58,047 nt of DNA, filler included, from Sphacelaria rigidula (GCA_964200075.2; 6 parts of 6 records of this genome joined end to end with filler, not necessarily neighbours in it); one strand, 5' to 3'; positions 36,560 to 49,984 are shown, numbered from the whole stretch's first letter. The notes: generated by a model not told the origin, from the sequence alone. Numbers and translations are program-made.

Positions 36560-38560
36560 TGTACAACAGTGGCGGCTTGTACTGTTCAGATGGTGTGTAT
36601 TTCGCAAGGCATGCGGGCGCGATGTGGAAGAGAAGCGGGTAACGCGACACACAGCAGATTCGACAGACAGCACAGGTTTCTGACTCTCTGCATACAACAG
36701 GATGCGAAGCAGATTTGAACCATGTGCAGTTTTTCACCGCCTCTACTGTCCATGAGCGCATTTGCAGTACGACCGCCCACCCCAACACGTAACTCCGTCG
36801 GTGGATCCTGCCACAAAATTAGATGCCCAAGTTTTCGCCAACAAAAAAGAACACATCATGCCAAAACAGTGGTGGTGTCGGTTTCCTATTACTGCTGCAG
36901 TGTATATCCCTGTGCTGAGTTCGTGATCTATGCCGCGGGGTTGGGTAGGTAGCTGCGAATGAATCATTTGGGTTTTGCGTCACTCTGTGAAAGGGTAGTG
37001 TCTGGCAGGGTCTTCTGCAACATAAGTGCTTCTTTACCTATATATATAGTACAGTACAGTACAGACAGTACAGACTGTACAGCAGTAGTGGCGCCCTCTA
37101 CTACTGTGTTATGTAAATAGTGTGTGTTTCGCGCAGCATGCAGCCACGATGTGGACGAAAAGGGGGCAACGCGGCACACAGCAGATTTGACAGACAGCAC
37201 AGCTTTCTGACCCTGCATACAGGAGGATGCGCAGCAGATTCGAAACATGTGCAGTTTTGCATACGTGGGACGAGCACGAGTGTCACTCGTGGCACTCGCA
37301 CTGGTTGGGCTGCTCGTTGGCCGAAAAATTAATAGGGTGAGCACTGGAGTCATTGCTCGTTGTGCAAAAAATGAATGGGGTGAGCACTGGAGTCATTCAT
37401 CGTTGTGCAAAAAACGAATAGGGCGAGCACGCGAGCCATCGCTCGTTGTGCAAAAAATGAATAGGTCGAGCACACATCGCTCGTTGTGCAAAAAATGAAT
37501 AGGGCGAACACTCGAGTCATTGCTGTACAGCGGTCGGTGTTGCAGCTAAGTGTGCATTCGCCCTAGGTGGCGCACGCAAGAGCAATAGGTCGCCTATTCC
37601 GCTATAATTCCTGCCTGTATCTTGAGCGGAGCTGTATGGTAGCACAGCCGCTATGGGGCGCAAGCCAGCTGTAACAATTCATACCGCGTGGAGATTTCTA
37701 CACTGTCTTCAAGTCATACTGCGCGCAGTTTCCACTTTTGTACGACTCCTGTTCACGTCGCGGAAGGCAATAGCTTCTATACTGTGCACAGTACATGCTT
37801 TTTAAATTGTATACGAGTACTGACTGTAGAAAGCTCTTGTCTAGGGTGTAATACATTTCCATATATATCAGGCGGTGAGATCGTCAAATACTCCACAGCA
37901 CATGGCCGAAGTGGAAGTGAGGTAATCACCGAAATATTCCATACGTCGGACGAGCACGAGTGTCACTCAAGTCATTGCTCGTTGTGCAAAAAATGAATAG
38001 GGCGAGCACTCGAGTCATCGGTCGTTGTGCAAAAAATGAATAGGACAAGCTTCCGAGTCATTGCTCGTTGTGCAAAAAACGAATAGGTCGAACATTCGAG
38101 TCATTGCTCGTTGTGCAAAAATGAAAAGGGCGAGCACTCGAGTCATCGCTCACTGTGGGAAAAGGTGATGGCTTGAGCTCACGAGTCATCGCTCGTTGTA
38201 AAAAAAAGTGATGACTCGAGCGCACGAGTCATGCTCGTTGTGTTTTCGAAAAACATCCACGAGTGCACTCGCCTCGACGAGTGATGACTCGTCCGACGTA
38301 TGCAGTTTACACCGCCTCGACTGTCCATGAGCGCGTTGGTGATTCGATCGCCCACCCCAACACGTAACTCCGTCGGTGGACCCTGCTACCAAGTTGGATG
38401 CCTAAGTTTTTGCCAACAAGAAGGACACGTCATGCCAAAACAGCAGTGGTGTCGATTTCTATCACTGCAGTGTATGTATCCCTGCGCTCAGTTCGTGGTC
38501 TGTGCCGCATGGTCGATTAGGTAGCTACGAATGAACCACATGGGTTTTGCGTACCTCTGA
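36560..38560. repeat. Tandem duplication of a ~450-bp unit; second copy split by an insertion
   Basis: 36640-36990 matches 37165-37259 joined to 38303-38560 (..CATGTGCAGTTT | CACCGCCTC.ACTGTCCATGAGCGC..). Confidence 0.8.
37260..38302. mobile_element. Composite copy of the hAT-like ~42-bp-repeat element
   Basis: Left end CATACGTGGGACGAG (37260), second left end CATACGTCGGACGAG (37940), right end CTCGTCCGACGTATG (to 38302). Flanks are CAGTTTTG and CAGTTTAC. Internal GAGCACTCGAGTCATTGCTCGTTGTGCAAAAAATGAATAGG repeats. Confidence 0.8.
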
Positions 38561-38669
38561 GGAAAACGGTCAAGCGATAAAAAAACAGGGAAAATTCCAA
38601 GGCTCCTCTCGGGAATATTCCCGTGATACCGCGGTATTTTTTTTTAAATCGACATACTGGCCGCAAGAA

Positions 38670-38769
38670 NNNNNNNNNNNNNNNNNNNNNNNNNNNNNNN
38701 NNNNNNNNNNNNNTTAATTAATTAANNNNNNNNNNNNNNNNNNNNNNNNNNNNNNNNNNNNNNNNNNNN
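38670..38769. other. Artificial contig linker
   Basis: N-run with TTAATTAATTAA core. Confidence 0.98.
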
Positions 38770-41119
38770 CACCCCCCCCCCCCCGTTCCGTCTCGAAAGG
38801 GATGCGTGGGCAATGGTCGAACGACTAAGGCAAGCAACAAATGAGTACGCCCCCCCCCCCCGGCTTCCATCATCTCCGTGGAATCCACGGTAGGCGAGAA
38901 ACCTTCGTCACTATTACGAGATATGATGCTGCGGGGCACATCGATTATCACCTTTAATGACATGCTGTGACAGCACGTACTGTGGCGCACGCCGTTGATC
39001 CTGACCAAAATATCATACTCTCTTCATGAGCAAGGTTAGCATGCCGCAGGTACGGGTGCTGGTTTCATATATGAAAAGAGTAAAATGAAGGGAGGTATGG
39101 CTGCTTCCGCCTCCGTGTCTGACCCCCGGCCGCCAACCGACATCGCCCCCCCCCCCCATTGTCCATTTTGCGTCAAGCAGGAGGGAGTTGATCGTCTAAG
39201 CGCTGAAATGAAGTCATTAGTCGAAGGCCGGCACCCAGGCTTCCTTCTCGTGCGCCCTGACTGCAAGATGTACCGCAGACTGGAGGATATGTTCTCGAAG
39301 GTATGTTGCCTTGTTCGACTCCCGCAGTGTCTGTGATGAGAGTTACCTGCTGATAGCCTCGCGAAGATTTGGAGCATGCTCTTTGTAGGCGTACATGGAC
39401 GCTGAATGTACATTGATCCACAACTGGGGTATTGCGTCACCGCAAATGATTCAACACCCTCTCTTTGTAATCATCTATGCTCACAAAGTTAGGAATAAAG
39501 TAAAATACATTTTTATTTGGTCTCGAAAACGATTGAGATGGCTCCAATCGATCAAAAATATTCACGGGGTGGAACCTGGGGCCGGGTAGTCTTGGGACCC
39601 CCGGATACCGGTCAGCCCGTAAGTCGTTTCAATAATGAGCGCATATGTGGTGTTACTTTGAAATGTGGAGGGGATACCTCGTATCTCCCGATTTCCGGAC
39701 TTTGGGATCAAATGTGTACCGGGATGATCGGTGGTACGCAGAAACACTTTCGAATATCCCCGACGACGAAAAAACTACGAAAGGCTTTTATTTCAGGCAT
39801 CAACAACTGTAGGCTCGCTGTTGCCGAATATTTTTAAGCCGCCTTTGCCGCTGCCTCTATCATCGCAATTCACCTTCCTGCCACCCTCTTGTACTGATGT
39901 CTGTCGATAGGGTTCCACTCCTGCTTTATGCATCGCTCCCTGCGCAGGTCACTAGAACCTCCCTTGTTTCCCCCCCTAGGGTCGCTCCGCGCGCACGCGC
40001 GCACTCTACAACCAAGGGAAATACAGTTTGTGCTGGACAATCCATGAACAGAAAACGCGTGACGCGATGAACCTCTCGTCTCACGAACTGCAAACGAGGA
40101 CCGCCACCGCGGGTATTCGATTGCTCTAAATTCGTCCAAGTCTTTTTCCCCGTCTCGAGGTCGAACACCAAAACCGCGATAGACCGCCAAGTCTCGGATC
40201 AGAGCTTCTCCGGAAACGACAAAAGTCGCAATAGGCCCATACTTTGTAACGCAACACATCACCTTTTTCTGACCATTTTTGCAATAGGCTTATACTTCAC
40301 GCGGTACATTATTTTCACTACAGCTGTTGACCACATACTTTCTAGGGTGTGAAATCGTGCTGATTTTCAACCTGTTCTGGTGAAATAGGCCGCCGCTATG
40401 TCGATGCCGCCACATCGATGCCAGAGATGAGTAAGCATCGTCAGTCAGGACCCCGGCCGCGGTATGCGTTGGGTGACGGGTAACCGTCCAGGATCATATC
40501 TTATCCCCGTCCTGTTTCGCCGTCTGTGGCCACCATTTATCTCCTAGTATAACCATCGTTTTCTCCCTACTGTCTTATGCATCAAACGATTTCATGCCAC
40601 CTTCGTTCACGTCCCGCATTTTCCCCTCTAGCACGTCTCCTTCCTCCTTGTATTGTTCACATTCTACAACTATATGACTTCTGATTTCTATTGCTATTCC
40701 CTGCTGAGCTATCCGCCTCTCCCCCAACTGTTACGGTAGTGCTACTCCGCACAGTCACCTATCCACTTTTTGCACCCTGGTTCCACCCTTTCTTGAGCGA
40801 CGGGGCGGCGGGTGGGAAAGTCGATCGATCCTCTGCGAAGCGCGCTAGTTCTTGCCTACGTCTACCTCCTTCGGCTGCTTAGACCAGTAGACCGCTGCTA
40901 GATGAAGGCTACTCATCGCTAGTGACACTATCTGTACTCGTGTGTCTGGCAGCTGCGGCAACCTAGCTGCGATTGCCAACTCTTCGATTGGCAGCGGCAC
41001 TGCAGCTGAGAAACAAGGACAGACGACGTACAGCATGTAAAAGCACGTATATATTTCCTGTACGTACGTCCCACATCGTCAGAATTCGTAACGCCTCCGC
41101 AATCACCGCTTTCATACTG

Positions 41120-41240
41120 AACGCTACATTTGTCAACATTCGCCGTCACTCTCCATTTCCCTGTGTATTCTAGAGCCTTTTCTATTTGTTTTTGGGATCC
41201 TTCAGTTATTCTTGAAATGCCCAAAAATCGTCTACGCTCT
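41120..41240 (-). mobile_element. LINE reverse-transcriptase fragment
   Basis: FLGISRITEGSQKQIEKALEYTGKWRVTANVDKCSV matches the segment after YADD in non-LTR RTs (LQ..L.....Y...W....N..KC). Confidence 0.7.
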
Positions 41241-41300
41241 TGTTTGTGTACCCCACTTGCGAAAGACCACGCCACCGCAGAGTTGCGCCCCATGACATGA

Positions 41301-42381
41301 CAGCAGGTCGAAAACATGTTCTCATGGTTTGTATAATATGAACAGAAGGTGGGGAACAGGTCCGCATGGTTTATGGTGCATACATAAAGAGTGGCAAACA
41401 TGTACATTTGATCCATCCGGAATTAATGGAAGTTGGGGAGCATGTACGTATGATTCATGCTGCATTCAAGGAAATTGGGAAACAGCTAGCCATGACTCAT
41501 GCTGCATGGATAGAAAAAGGGAAGAAACGTGTACCTGTAAAACATGGCGTATGGATAGAAGGTGGGGAACGTGTGCCAATCATTCATGCTGCATGGACGG
41601 AAATTGGGGAAGATGTACTGCACGTATGACTCATACCCTATGAATCGAAGGTGGAAACGTTTACCCATGATTGATGCCATTCGAATGGAAGATGGGAATC
41701 GTGTACCTTCGACGGTGTACCGCACGAATCATGAACTGGGAATGTGCACGCTTCAAGTAGGGTCGTATGAATCACGAATCCAAAACATGTACAAATCACA
41801 GCTTGTGCACAAAGTGTATGATTGATTTATCCAAATGCTGAAAATCAAGGGAGTCTCGGTTTTATTCGTGTGAACCGTGAACAAATCATGCGATGTGGAC
41901 AAGACCTGTTATTCGTGCGTGCTTTGTACTCGTGACTCCCTCGACACAACGCTGAACGTATACAATTTCCTCGTCATTCATATGGTTCGCTCTCGAAGGC
42001 ATATATTTACCATCCTCGGAATTGTTTCCCACTTGTGAGTTATAAAGCATGAATCATAATCATCCGGGCATTTTCCTGCGTTCATCACCACTGTATAAAA
42101 CGAGAGTACATGTTGCTCACCCGTCAGTCGTACCGCATGAATCATACCAACATATTCTTAACGCTAGGTTCATGCGGGATCAATGCATTTGATAATTTAC
42201 TCAGACACGATTCGTGCAAGAACTGCAATTAGTGTATGGTTTGCACTCTTGATTCGTGTGACACTACCTGGAGCATTCACGGTCCCGTTCGTCTTTCGTG
42301 TGATACTACCCCCAATTTGTTTCCCCCATATTCGATTCGTACATGATGGACCTTCGATCCATGAAGGGCGTTCGACAGCTG
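41301..42381. mobile_element. Non-autonomous TIR element with degenerate subterminal repeats
   Basis: Ends CAGCAGGTCGAA / TTCGACAGCTG. The left part has repeated GAAG(G/T)TGGGGAAC..CATG units and the right part has complementary TTCCC/ATTC units. No TSD seen. Confidence 0.5.
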
Positions 42382-43686
42382 AAAACAGCTAACTCGTGGG
42401 GATCTTCGTTCGCCTGACAAATGTAAATCCACGCATCACATTTTCTGCTCATTCCCGTGCAACCAACCCATATATGACAGCATGGTGTCGAAGGAGGATG
42501 TTCCTGACACGGTTCAAACCATTTATCTCATGCCTCCTATGTTCGACATGGATAGTCCAGCAACTGCCACTCTATCGATCCGCTTCCCGGGGGAAGCTCC
42601 CCGACGCATCCACGGTTCAGCGACGCACGCTAGGTGCTACCATGAGTTTATGTTGCAACGATCCAATTTACGGCATTCCCGTCGTAGGGGAGGGGGGGGG
42701 GGTACTCATTTGTTGCTTTCCTCAGTCGTTTGACCATTGACCACGCATCTCTTTCGAGACGGAGCTTCCCATCGTAGGGGGCCGCTGACACCCTAGCTGC
42801 ATATATGGGCGGTTGCTCCGTCAATATTGCCGTCAGCGCAAGGCATGGATTTGAATCCGGCAAGGGTGTATGTTCGTGGAGGGGTAAATACCTGGTTATT
42901 GTATTACGTTACGCACGATCGCATTTCTCTACTCAAACTCCACGTGGGGTTGAGGGCGACCTCAGTACTCTACCTTAGTTTTGGGGGCTTGAAGTACAAT
43001 TTTTCAAATTCTCAAATGCAAGAATACCCTGCCCGACACACCCTTGGCATCCGGGTCTTCGGTCCGGTGCAACACTATCCCATGTTGGTGGAATATGACA
43101 CACCGTTTGATGTACTGTAGTGCATTTTGTTTTCATTTTCAACTCTTTCTCTCCTTCGATAGTTTAGCCACACTGGGGTGCCCATCTTGGAAAAAAAAAA
43201 ACAGCGCGTGATCGCGAGCTACACAACACGGGAGAAATAAATAAAGTCATGCCCACAGAGATTGTTTGCTGAAAAAACGTACAATGTGCCCTCTAGCGCT
43301 CACAACACCTGGCTGTTGCACAAAGCCAAGTGATTCGCCAATTGGGTGTCTGTGTATCCTCGAGATTGGTCTGGTAGATGTGTTTCGAACAGCGTCACAG
43401 CAAGTGTCTTCTCCGTCAGAAGAAAAAACAGTACTCACATGACGCGCTTCTTCCACCGCAGGGTGAAACTGTTCTGGAGCGCGCGTATCCCGACATTGCT
43501 GCCCACCCCCGGCCGTACGAGAGGATGCGCATGTACGAGAAGACGGCACCGTCCGCTCCTTTGCTGCATCTGGCGGTGGGGTTTACTCGGGGGTGAGAAT
43601 CGTCCCGTTCTCTCTTGGAACTTTCAGTAATGTTGTATTCTGGAGGATGTCAATCGCCGTTTGTCTCCTCTTGTATTGATATTATT

Positions 43687-43895
43687 CAAGGGCAGATCGA
43701 GTAGAGTCTTGATCGCGGGGTATTTTGAAAGTCGTACTCGAAGTACACAAATTGGGGGGGGTAGGATTCAAGGGATCGCTTTTCCAATTATTTTTTGGGT
43801 ACGAGTACTAACACTCTACTACCCTAATTTGAGTACCTCTAGTACGTCTTTCAAAATACACCACAATTGAGTATACTCTACTCGACCTGCCCTTG
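43687..43895. mobile_element. 209-bp hAT-type MITE with a perfect 8-bp TSD
   Basis: ATATTATT|CAAGGGCAGATCGAGTAGAGT ... ACTCTACTCGACCTGCCCTTG|ATATTATT. Confidence 0.9.
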
Positions 43896-44389
43896 ATATT
43901 ATTCACTTGTAGCTTTTCTTAAGGTACCGTTTTGGGATCTCTGGTAGGATGGGTCATTCCTGTGTCTAGTTGCTCTCATCAAATTTCACTCACCAGTCGA
44001 GCTCTGTGTTGTGTGTCCCCTTTGGACGATAATTCAGGGTGCCCTTTTTTCTCGTGGCAGTTTGTGTCGGCTAACGTACTGTATTGTGCATGACCCCTGC
44101 CGTTATTATTTTTTTTTATCGTCCCCGGGAGGCAGGTAGAAATCTTTACCGTTCACTTCGCTATTTCTAGTTTCGTGCAGCGCATTCGAGTGCGCCCTAC
44201 CTCGTCGCCACTTCGTACCCAGCCCTGAGGCTGAAGGGGCCATCAAGGTGGTCCGGAGTATGGGTAGGCGCCGAGGTTTTGGTGCTCCCCCCACCCAGCC
44301 AGTCTCGAACTTGAAGTACCCCTCGTCCCCAACTAGAGATGGTCTTCCTCATCCTTCGGGATACCTCCTTGAGGGTCCCCCAGCTCGAC

Positions 44390-44492
44390 ACCCATGAGGT
44401 AATGTTTGAGCCGTGGCGGTCTCTGGAAGTGGCGATACCAGACAATGAAGCAACTCATCGTAGGCCGTCATCCAAATGGAAGATAATCAGTA
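44390..44492. repeat. Dispersed repeat, also at ~48234-48335 and ~19243-19286
   Basis: Shared CCATGAGGTA..GCCGTGGC.GTCTCTGGAAGTGGCGATACCAGA..AAGCAACTCAT.GTAGGC.GTCATCCAAATG.AAGATAATCAGT. Confidence 0.8.
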
Positions 44493-45857
44493 GGCCTGCA
44501 GCTCACCCTTCATGCGACTCGCCGAGCACACCACGGCGCTTCGTGCTGGGTGGTTGAGTGCGAGCCTGGTCCGGCGAAAACGCGGCGTGCTCCGTCCCGG
44601 CTTTGTAGAGATGCGCCGTCAATGGTCTTGACTATGGTACGCATCATGATGAGTACAGCTCGACTCTGTACACGAGTCATTAAACCCACCTGGGATTTGG
44701 TCTTCAATGTTTTTCTTCGTGTCATGTTTTAGACAGTGCATCTGCTGTTCCTTCCTCTGCTTGGCGAAATTGCAATTTGACCGTCGTAAACTCGTCGTTT
44801 CTTGTCAAGGGAAACCTTTCGGCATCCCCAAATCAGTTTCCAGGCGCTTTTGTGCTCACAACGACGACTTCGATTCTCATCGGAAATATTTCCTTTTTTC
44901 CTTGTCAAAGCCAGATCTGCGCAAACGTCGTTAACACGCGGCGTTTATAGTAGTGGTCGTTTGGTTCAAGCCCATCACGCTGATACAAAACAGGCGAGAC
45001 AAAGAAGCACATCGCCTTCACTCTGAGCTCCCTCCCCCCCAAAACACGTGCAGACTCCCGCCTTCCACGCTCACAGGCTCCACAGCTAGCCCTTGCTCAT
45101 TCAGACACGGCGGTCTTGAATGGAAATCCTTTTTGAGTTGGATGATCGGCGGTCGCGTATGTTTTACGGCCAAGAACTGCCGCTGCTTGCCTTTTGTTTG
45201 GGTACCATCGGTGCGCGTTCAACACAGATTCTCCTCGTTGAAATGTTGACACTTTTGACGGTAGCCAAGAACTACATGTTTAGGTGATCAACAACTATAG
45301 CTCGAGCTGAACCCGCGTGTTTTTGGTTCGCGGGTTCAAAAGGGCTCCCAGGCCCATGTGATTTTTGCTGAGTCACATGGTACACCATGACATGTGCCCT
45401 CATGGTTGCCACGTTTATATGCCCCTTCGAGCAAACGTTTAACGGTTTGTGCAGACCCACTGGGACAGCTCCGAAAGTATATGCTCCAAACGGAATTGCA
45501 AAACCGATTTTTGCAATTAGCGCGGCACTCCTGAGTCATGACGAGCATATACTTTCGGAGGAATAATTCACGGAGATGTCTCCTCTGCTACGTGTTTTTT
45601 GCCCTCTCGTAGATGCTTGTGCATGAAGTCGTGTAGTGTGCTCAGCCTCTCGTCGCTATCTTTGGGTTCACGTTGACGACGGCAAAAACCACCAGGTTGT
45701 CATGTGTTTCCTCTGCTTGGGATCACGACAGCAGATACACCCTGCCCATCTACCCACTCGCTGTTTGCATTCGCATTCCACGCCCAAACACCGCTCGACG
45801 AACCACTTCACCCACGCATGTCGCCAACGTATTTTGCCCAGATATGAATCTGCACAG

Positions 45858-46205
45858 CTGTCGCTTGAGATGTGTGAAAGAGAGGATACGCAAGCCGGGG
45901 GAAGCGTTGCATGGTGCAGAGGTGGCGACGGCATCACAGTCAAAAGCGAGGCCTCCGGGAACGGCGAAGCCGCTTCTCGTGAGGAAACGCGCGTGGCTCA
46001 TGATGGGCCGGAGGGGAAAAGTCTGGTAAATGGAGTTGAAGGAGAAACGGGTCGGAGCAAAGTGTGCTTTTCCTGGATTGAAGGAGACCCATGCGCTGGC
46101 GTGGAATCGCTCGGGGCTACTGGAGAAGCGAGTCGATATTGGGTGTGGGCAGCGAGGGGCGGGATTTGGGTACCTGGTGGGCCTCCGAAGGAGGCAATGA
46201 AAGAG
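45858..46205 (+). CDS. Putative internal exon of an unknown protein (LSLEMCERED...PPKEAMKE)
   Basis: TGCACAG acceptor and GAG|GTGAGG donor; 348-nt open frame. No recognisable domain. Confidence 0.45.
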
Positions 46206-46754
46206 GTGAGGTTTTGAGCAGAGATGGGATGAGTAATTCGTACTGCATCTTGCATTTGATATCGAGAAATCGGTTCTGCGAAGGGACGTTGCTCATTGTT
46301 TTGAGGTTGTTTAGGGATCTCTTCTACCAACAGCAGCAAACGTGTTCGTTCGTGTGGGTGGTGCTTGGTTTCTAGTGGTCGCCTCCCCTCGGCAGTTTGT
46401 TTTGGGCAGAAGGACAGGACATTTACGGGGAAGGATGAGCGAGAACCTTCCTCGAAGGCGTTTCTTGTTGGCGCGCGTAAATAAATGGTGGAATCGTTGT
46501 TCAAGCATCAGATAAACCAGGACCCAGTAGATCCCGTACCCGAAGTATAACACGCTCCACCGGGCGACGTTCAAGGAGTGTCATTCCCAGCGCCATGAGA
46601 GTTAGTGGGGGTAGCCAGCCGAAACGCTTTCAGCGTCAGGCAACACCAACGCCGCGTGCCACGGGTGGAAGGTACACTACGACACAAGTGTTTCACACGT
46701 ATGCTCCATTTTCACCCTTGCGCTTGCAACACAATATTACATGTATCAAGACAG

Positions 46755-46925
46755 ACATGCTGCTCGAGGTGGTCATCTGGGATGGTGCTCTACGCGATCA
46801 CTGATAATCTGCTCTCCTTGCTCTACAATTCTCTCGCGAAGTACGATTTATTCAGAAACGCTGCGCGAATGTCAAATGACGGTCAAAATGATTTATTGAA
46901 GTTGGTCATCTACATCTCTCAACAG
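46755..46925 (+). CDS. Putative following exon (TCCSRWSSGMVLYAITDNLL...IYISQQ)
   Basis: ACAG acceptor and CAG|GT donor; phase-0 compatible with 45858-46205. No homology recognised. Confidence 0.3.
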
Positions 46926-48358
46926 GTCGGGTGACGGCACTTCCGCCAGGTGCTCGCCCGGTGAACGCCATCCTTTTCATACGGGAGGTCACACATAACA
47001 GGCTCCTGATCGAAGGTCGATGCGCAGTTAGGGGTATCCGAAGACTGCAATTTTGATCTCTGCTGCCCCCCGCTCCTTTCCCCCCCTCGCGCTTTCTCCC
47101 TTAGGGGGCGAACTGTCAATTGCAAGTTATTGAATATTTGAAAAAAATACCGCACTCAAATCAAGCAGTTCTCGCCTCCGAATTGAAGTCAAGCACCTGC
47201 TGAGGTCAGGTTGAACCCACGTGAATCTGATACGGTCTCGGAGAGGCGTGGATATACGGTGGGATTTGACTCGTGGTCGTTATATTCGAAGACGTCTAAG
47301 TAAGTCAGCACGATTCCGACCTTTTCGATTTCTCCGTGATTTTTGTAAAGCTCCACCGTGTTTGTTTTTGGATCGCATGACCAATACGCCCCCACCTAGT
47401 GGGCTACGTGCAACGTTCGAACCCGCAAAAGCTACCCTTACCGGACTTACGGTCTTCTTTCATCCATGGTTCCTACTCAGCTGCTTAGGGAGGCTTTGTG
47501 AGTGAGCTTCCATCGATATTGATGGCCTGCATTCTCAGCAAAATATCACATGCTCAAATGACTCATGTCTGTCCAACCTGTCAAATGACGACCATGAAAG
47601 AACGGAGTGGCACCAACAAGGAGTGCGCGCAGTGTTTTGTCCAGTTTTACTTTTTAAGCTTTTTTAGTGGAGCCATTTAAACCTTGCCGGAAAGCCTGTG
47701 ATCAGGGCACGCCCCGTTCGGATTTCTTCGTGTGTCAACCAGCCTACATCGGGAAGGATGCATCCAAAAGTACATCTCTGGTGGTGGGTTTTGGAAAATT
47801 TGATCTTTTTTTCTAATTCGCACACACAGCGACGACTGAAAAGGGGTATGCCCGCGTGATCACAGGCTCCCCGGCGAATATGAACGGTGACATACCTTGG
47901 CGCTGGAATTTAAGGCTTCGCGAACCGCTTGCGTTCATTCTTGATCTCCTCTCCACAATTTTCTCAGCCTGGTCCGGCGAGAACCCAGCGTGCTCCGTCC
48001 TGGCTTTGTAGGGGCGGACACCCGATGGGGCTGGCATTGGCTGGCGATGGCGCTATAAAACACACCACTCACTGCGTAAGCTAGACAACTTGGTTACCGG
48101 TTTGTTTCGCGCGCTTGCGTTTCTTTGCGGTAACCACGATGGTAGTCGAGCCAGCTCATGTTGTGCGGCGTGGGAGAACCTCAACTTCGCACAACAGGAA
48201 TGATCGTACTACGTAGAGGTCAAATGGTGAGATACCCATGAGGTAGTGTACAAGCCGTGGCTGTCTCTGGAAGTGGCGATACCAGAAAACAAAGCAACTC
48301 ATTGTAGGCTGTCATCCAAATGCAAGATAATCAGTCGACTTCGGGTCGAAGAATCTTG

Positions 48359-48458
48359 NNNNNNNNNNNNNNNNNNNNNNNNNNNNNNNNNNNNNNNNNN
48401 NNTTAATTAATTAANNNNNNNNNNNNNNNNNNNNNNNNNNNNNNNNNNNNNNNNNNNN
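48359..48458. other. Artificial contig linker
   Basis: N-run with TTAATTAATTAA core. Confidence 0.98.
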
Positions 48459-48470
48459 AAAGCCAAAACC

Positions 48471-48745
48471 CTCACGCCGATTTAAGGAGTTAGACCCTGA
48501 AAGTTTGCACAACTGTGCTTTGGGACATTACGCAACTTTGTATGGACGAGGTTTTGTTTCTTATCTTGTTTTTGTTACCGTATGACGGGGTCCGATTGGG
48601 TCGATGTTTCCCCCAAAACCTGGGACCCCCGTAAAACGGTGAAAAAAGTCCAAAAGCCAAGAAACCTCGATCATCGAAAGTTGCGTAATTACCCATAGAA
48701 CATCTGTGCAAAATTCCAGGGTCTAACTTCTTCAAACGGCGTGAG
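48471..48745. mobile_element. MITE-like segment with inverted subterminal repeats
   Basis: CTCACGCCGATTTAAGGAGTTAGACCCTG pairs with CAGGGTCTAACTTCTTCAAACGGCGTGAG. Confidence 0.65.
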
Positions 48746-49280
48746 ATTTTGCCGATGGGTGTTTTTTTAGTGATCACCGTGAACCAGCCTGTACGATCCG
48801 GGCGTTGAACGCTGACGATGTGCCATTAAAGCCTTGGAACCCCCGGCCTTTCCTGCCAACATATTCCCTCACACATGGTGAGATTGGGCCAATAGGATCG
48901 CGCGCTAGCGCGATGTTGTTGTTACGACGCAATATTACTACTTGTGATTGTGTAGACTACCCCCCCCCCGCCCCCTCTCTCTCAATATATATATATATAT
49001 ATTTATCTCTTTACATGTGTTGACCACAAAGACTCGAATTTGGATAACGGTGAATCTAGGTGAGCCAGATCTCGGCGAAACCGTGTGGATACTACCCCCC
49101 GTTCCTTACATGGCAATTATTTTCTCTGTAGTTTCAGATCATGAGCGAAATGCCTTCATTTGGATTACACAAACAGCACTACAGCCTACGAATGTCAATG
49201 CCGACGTCGGGAGTACCATCCATTATCGTACATGATGCCAATAGGACGTGCCAGCGCCATTTGCACAAGCGCAGGTCCCA

Positions 49281-49313
49281 CTAACCCTAACCCTAACCCT
49301 AACCCTAACCCTA
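49281..49313. repeat. Interstitial telomere-type (CCCTAA)n tract
   Basis: Four perfect CCCTAA units plus partial units on each side. Confidence 0.9.
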
Positions 49314-49778
49314 GCGTCATCTCTTACTGTCCAGGGTATGTCTCATTATCGGCACTGAATGACTGAATGCACATATGTACGTGTAATCACGTGTGGGGTG
49401 ATTGCTGACCGCTGTGGAAACACTGTAACTAGTCTGTCTTTTCGGAGATGGGCAATGAGATACTTTTCACTCACGTCTGCATATCACTACCTTACCGAGG
49501 TCACCCCTCTTAGCATTGAAAGCTCTGCCGAACCACGCTGAGCTACGCTGAGCTAGCTACTCTCGCGTTCAGTAAATCCAACAATCCAATCTTGACGTCT
49601 CTGACATGTGCCGTGTCGAAATGGTTGATTTGTCGTTCTATATTATAATAGTACCTACCAGTTACATTTATGACAACAAATACCTGTGCACGCGGACTCG
49701 AATACATTTCTTAGCCCCCCTTCCCCACCCCCTGCGAAAATGTGAGCTTCTGAATATCTTCATTGTTGCGTGAATCAG

Positions 49779-49984
49779 CGGGCGTGTCATGGAGAGCCAC
49801 GGAGGCAATCTGGCTCAAGTTAATGCCGTCCGCGGTCGCGCGTGCCGAGCCGGGAGGACGGGTGACCTTCTTCGGCCTGCTGGAGTGCATCAAGGCGTTC
49901 GACGCGTGCTTATCGCGGGGGGAGATGCTCGGACTTTCCAAAATCGATTCCCGCGCAAACGATGCGGGGCCTGTAGGGGCCTAA
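49779..49984 (+). CDS. Putative terminal exon of an unknown protein (GVSWRATEAIWLKLMPSAVARAEPGGRVTFFGLLECIKAFDACL...GA*)
   Basis: GAATCAG acceptor, GC3-rich codons against an AT-richer background, TAA at 49982-84. Confidence 0.6.

Noticed and set aside
37942-38300. Tc1/mariner MITE with a TA TSD
   Set aside because: All three left ends start CATACG and the flanks show ~8-bp duplications, so the TA is inside the TIR; hAT-like fits better.
38718-39008. ORF running into the N gap
   Set aside because: Artefact of translating through the linker.
39036-40262. Degraded Gypsy RT/RNase H on the minus strand
   Set aside because: Only vague resemblances (e.g. CVTKYGP); no diagnostic motif to support a call.
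49281-49313. True chromosome end
   Set aside because: Only ~5 units, internal to the contig, with ordinary sequence on both sides.
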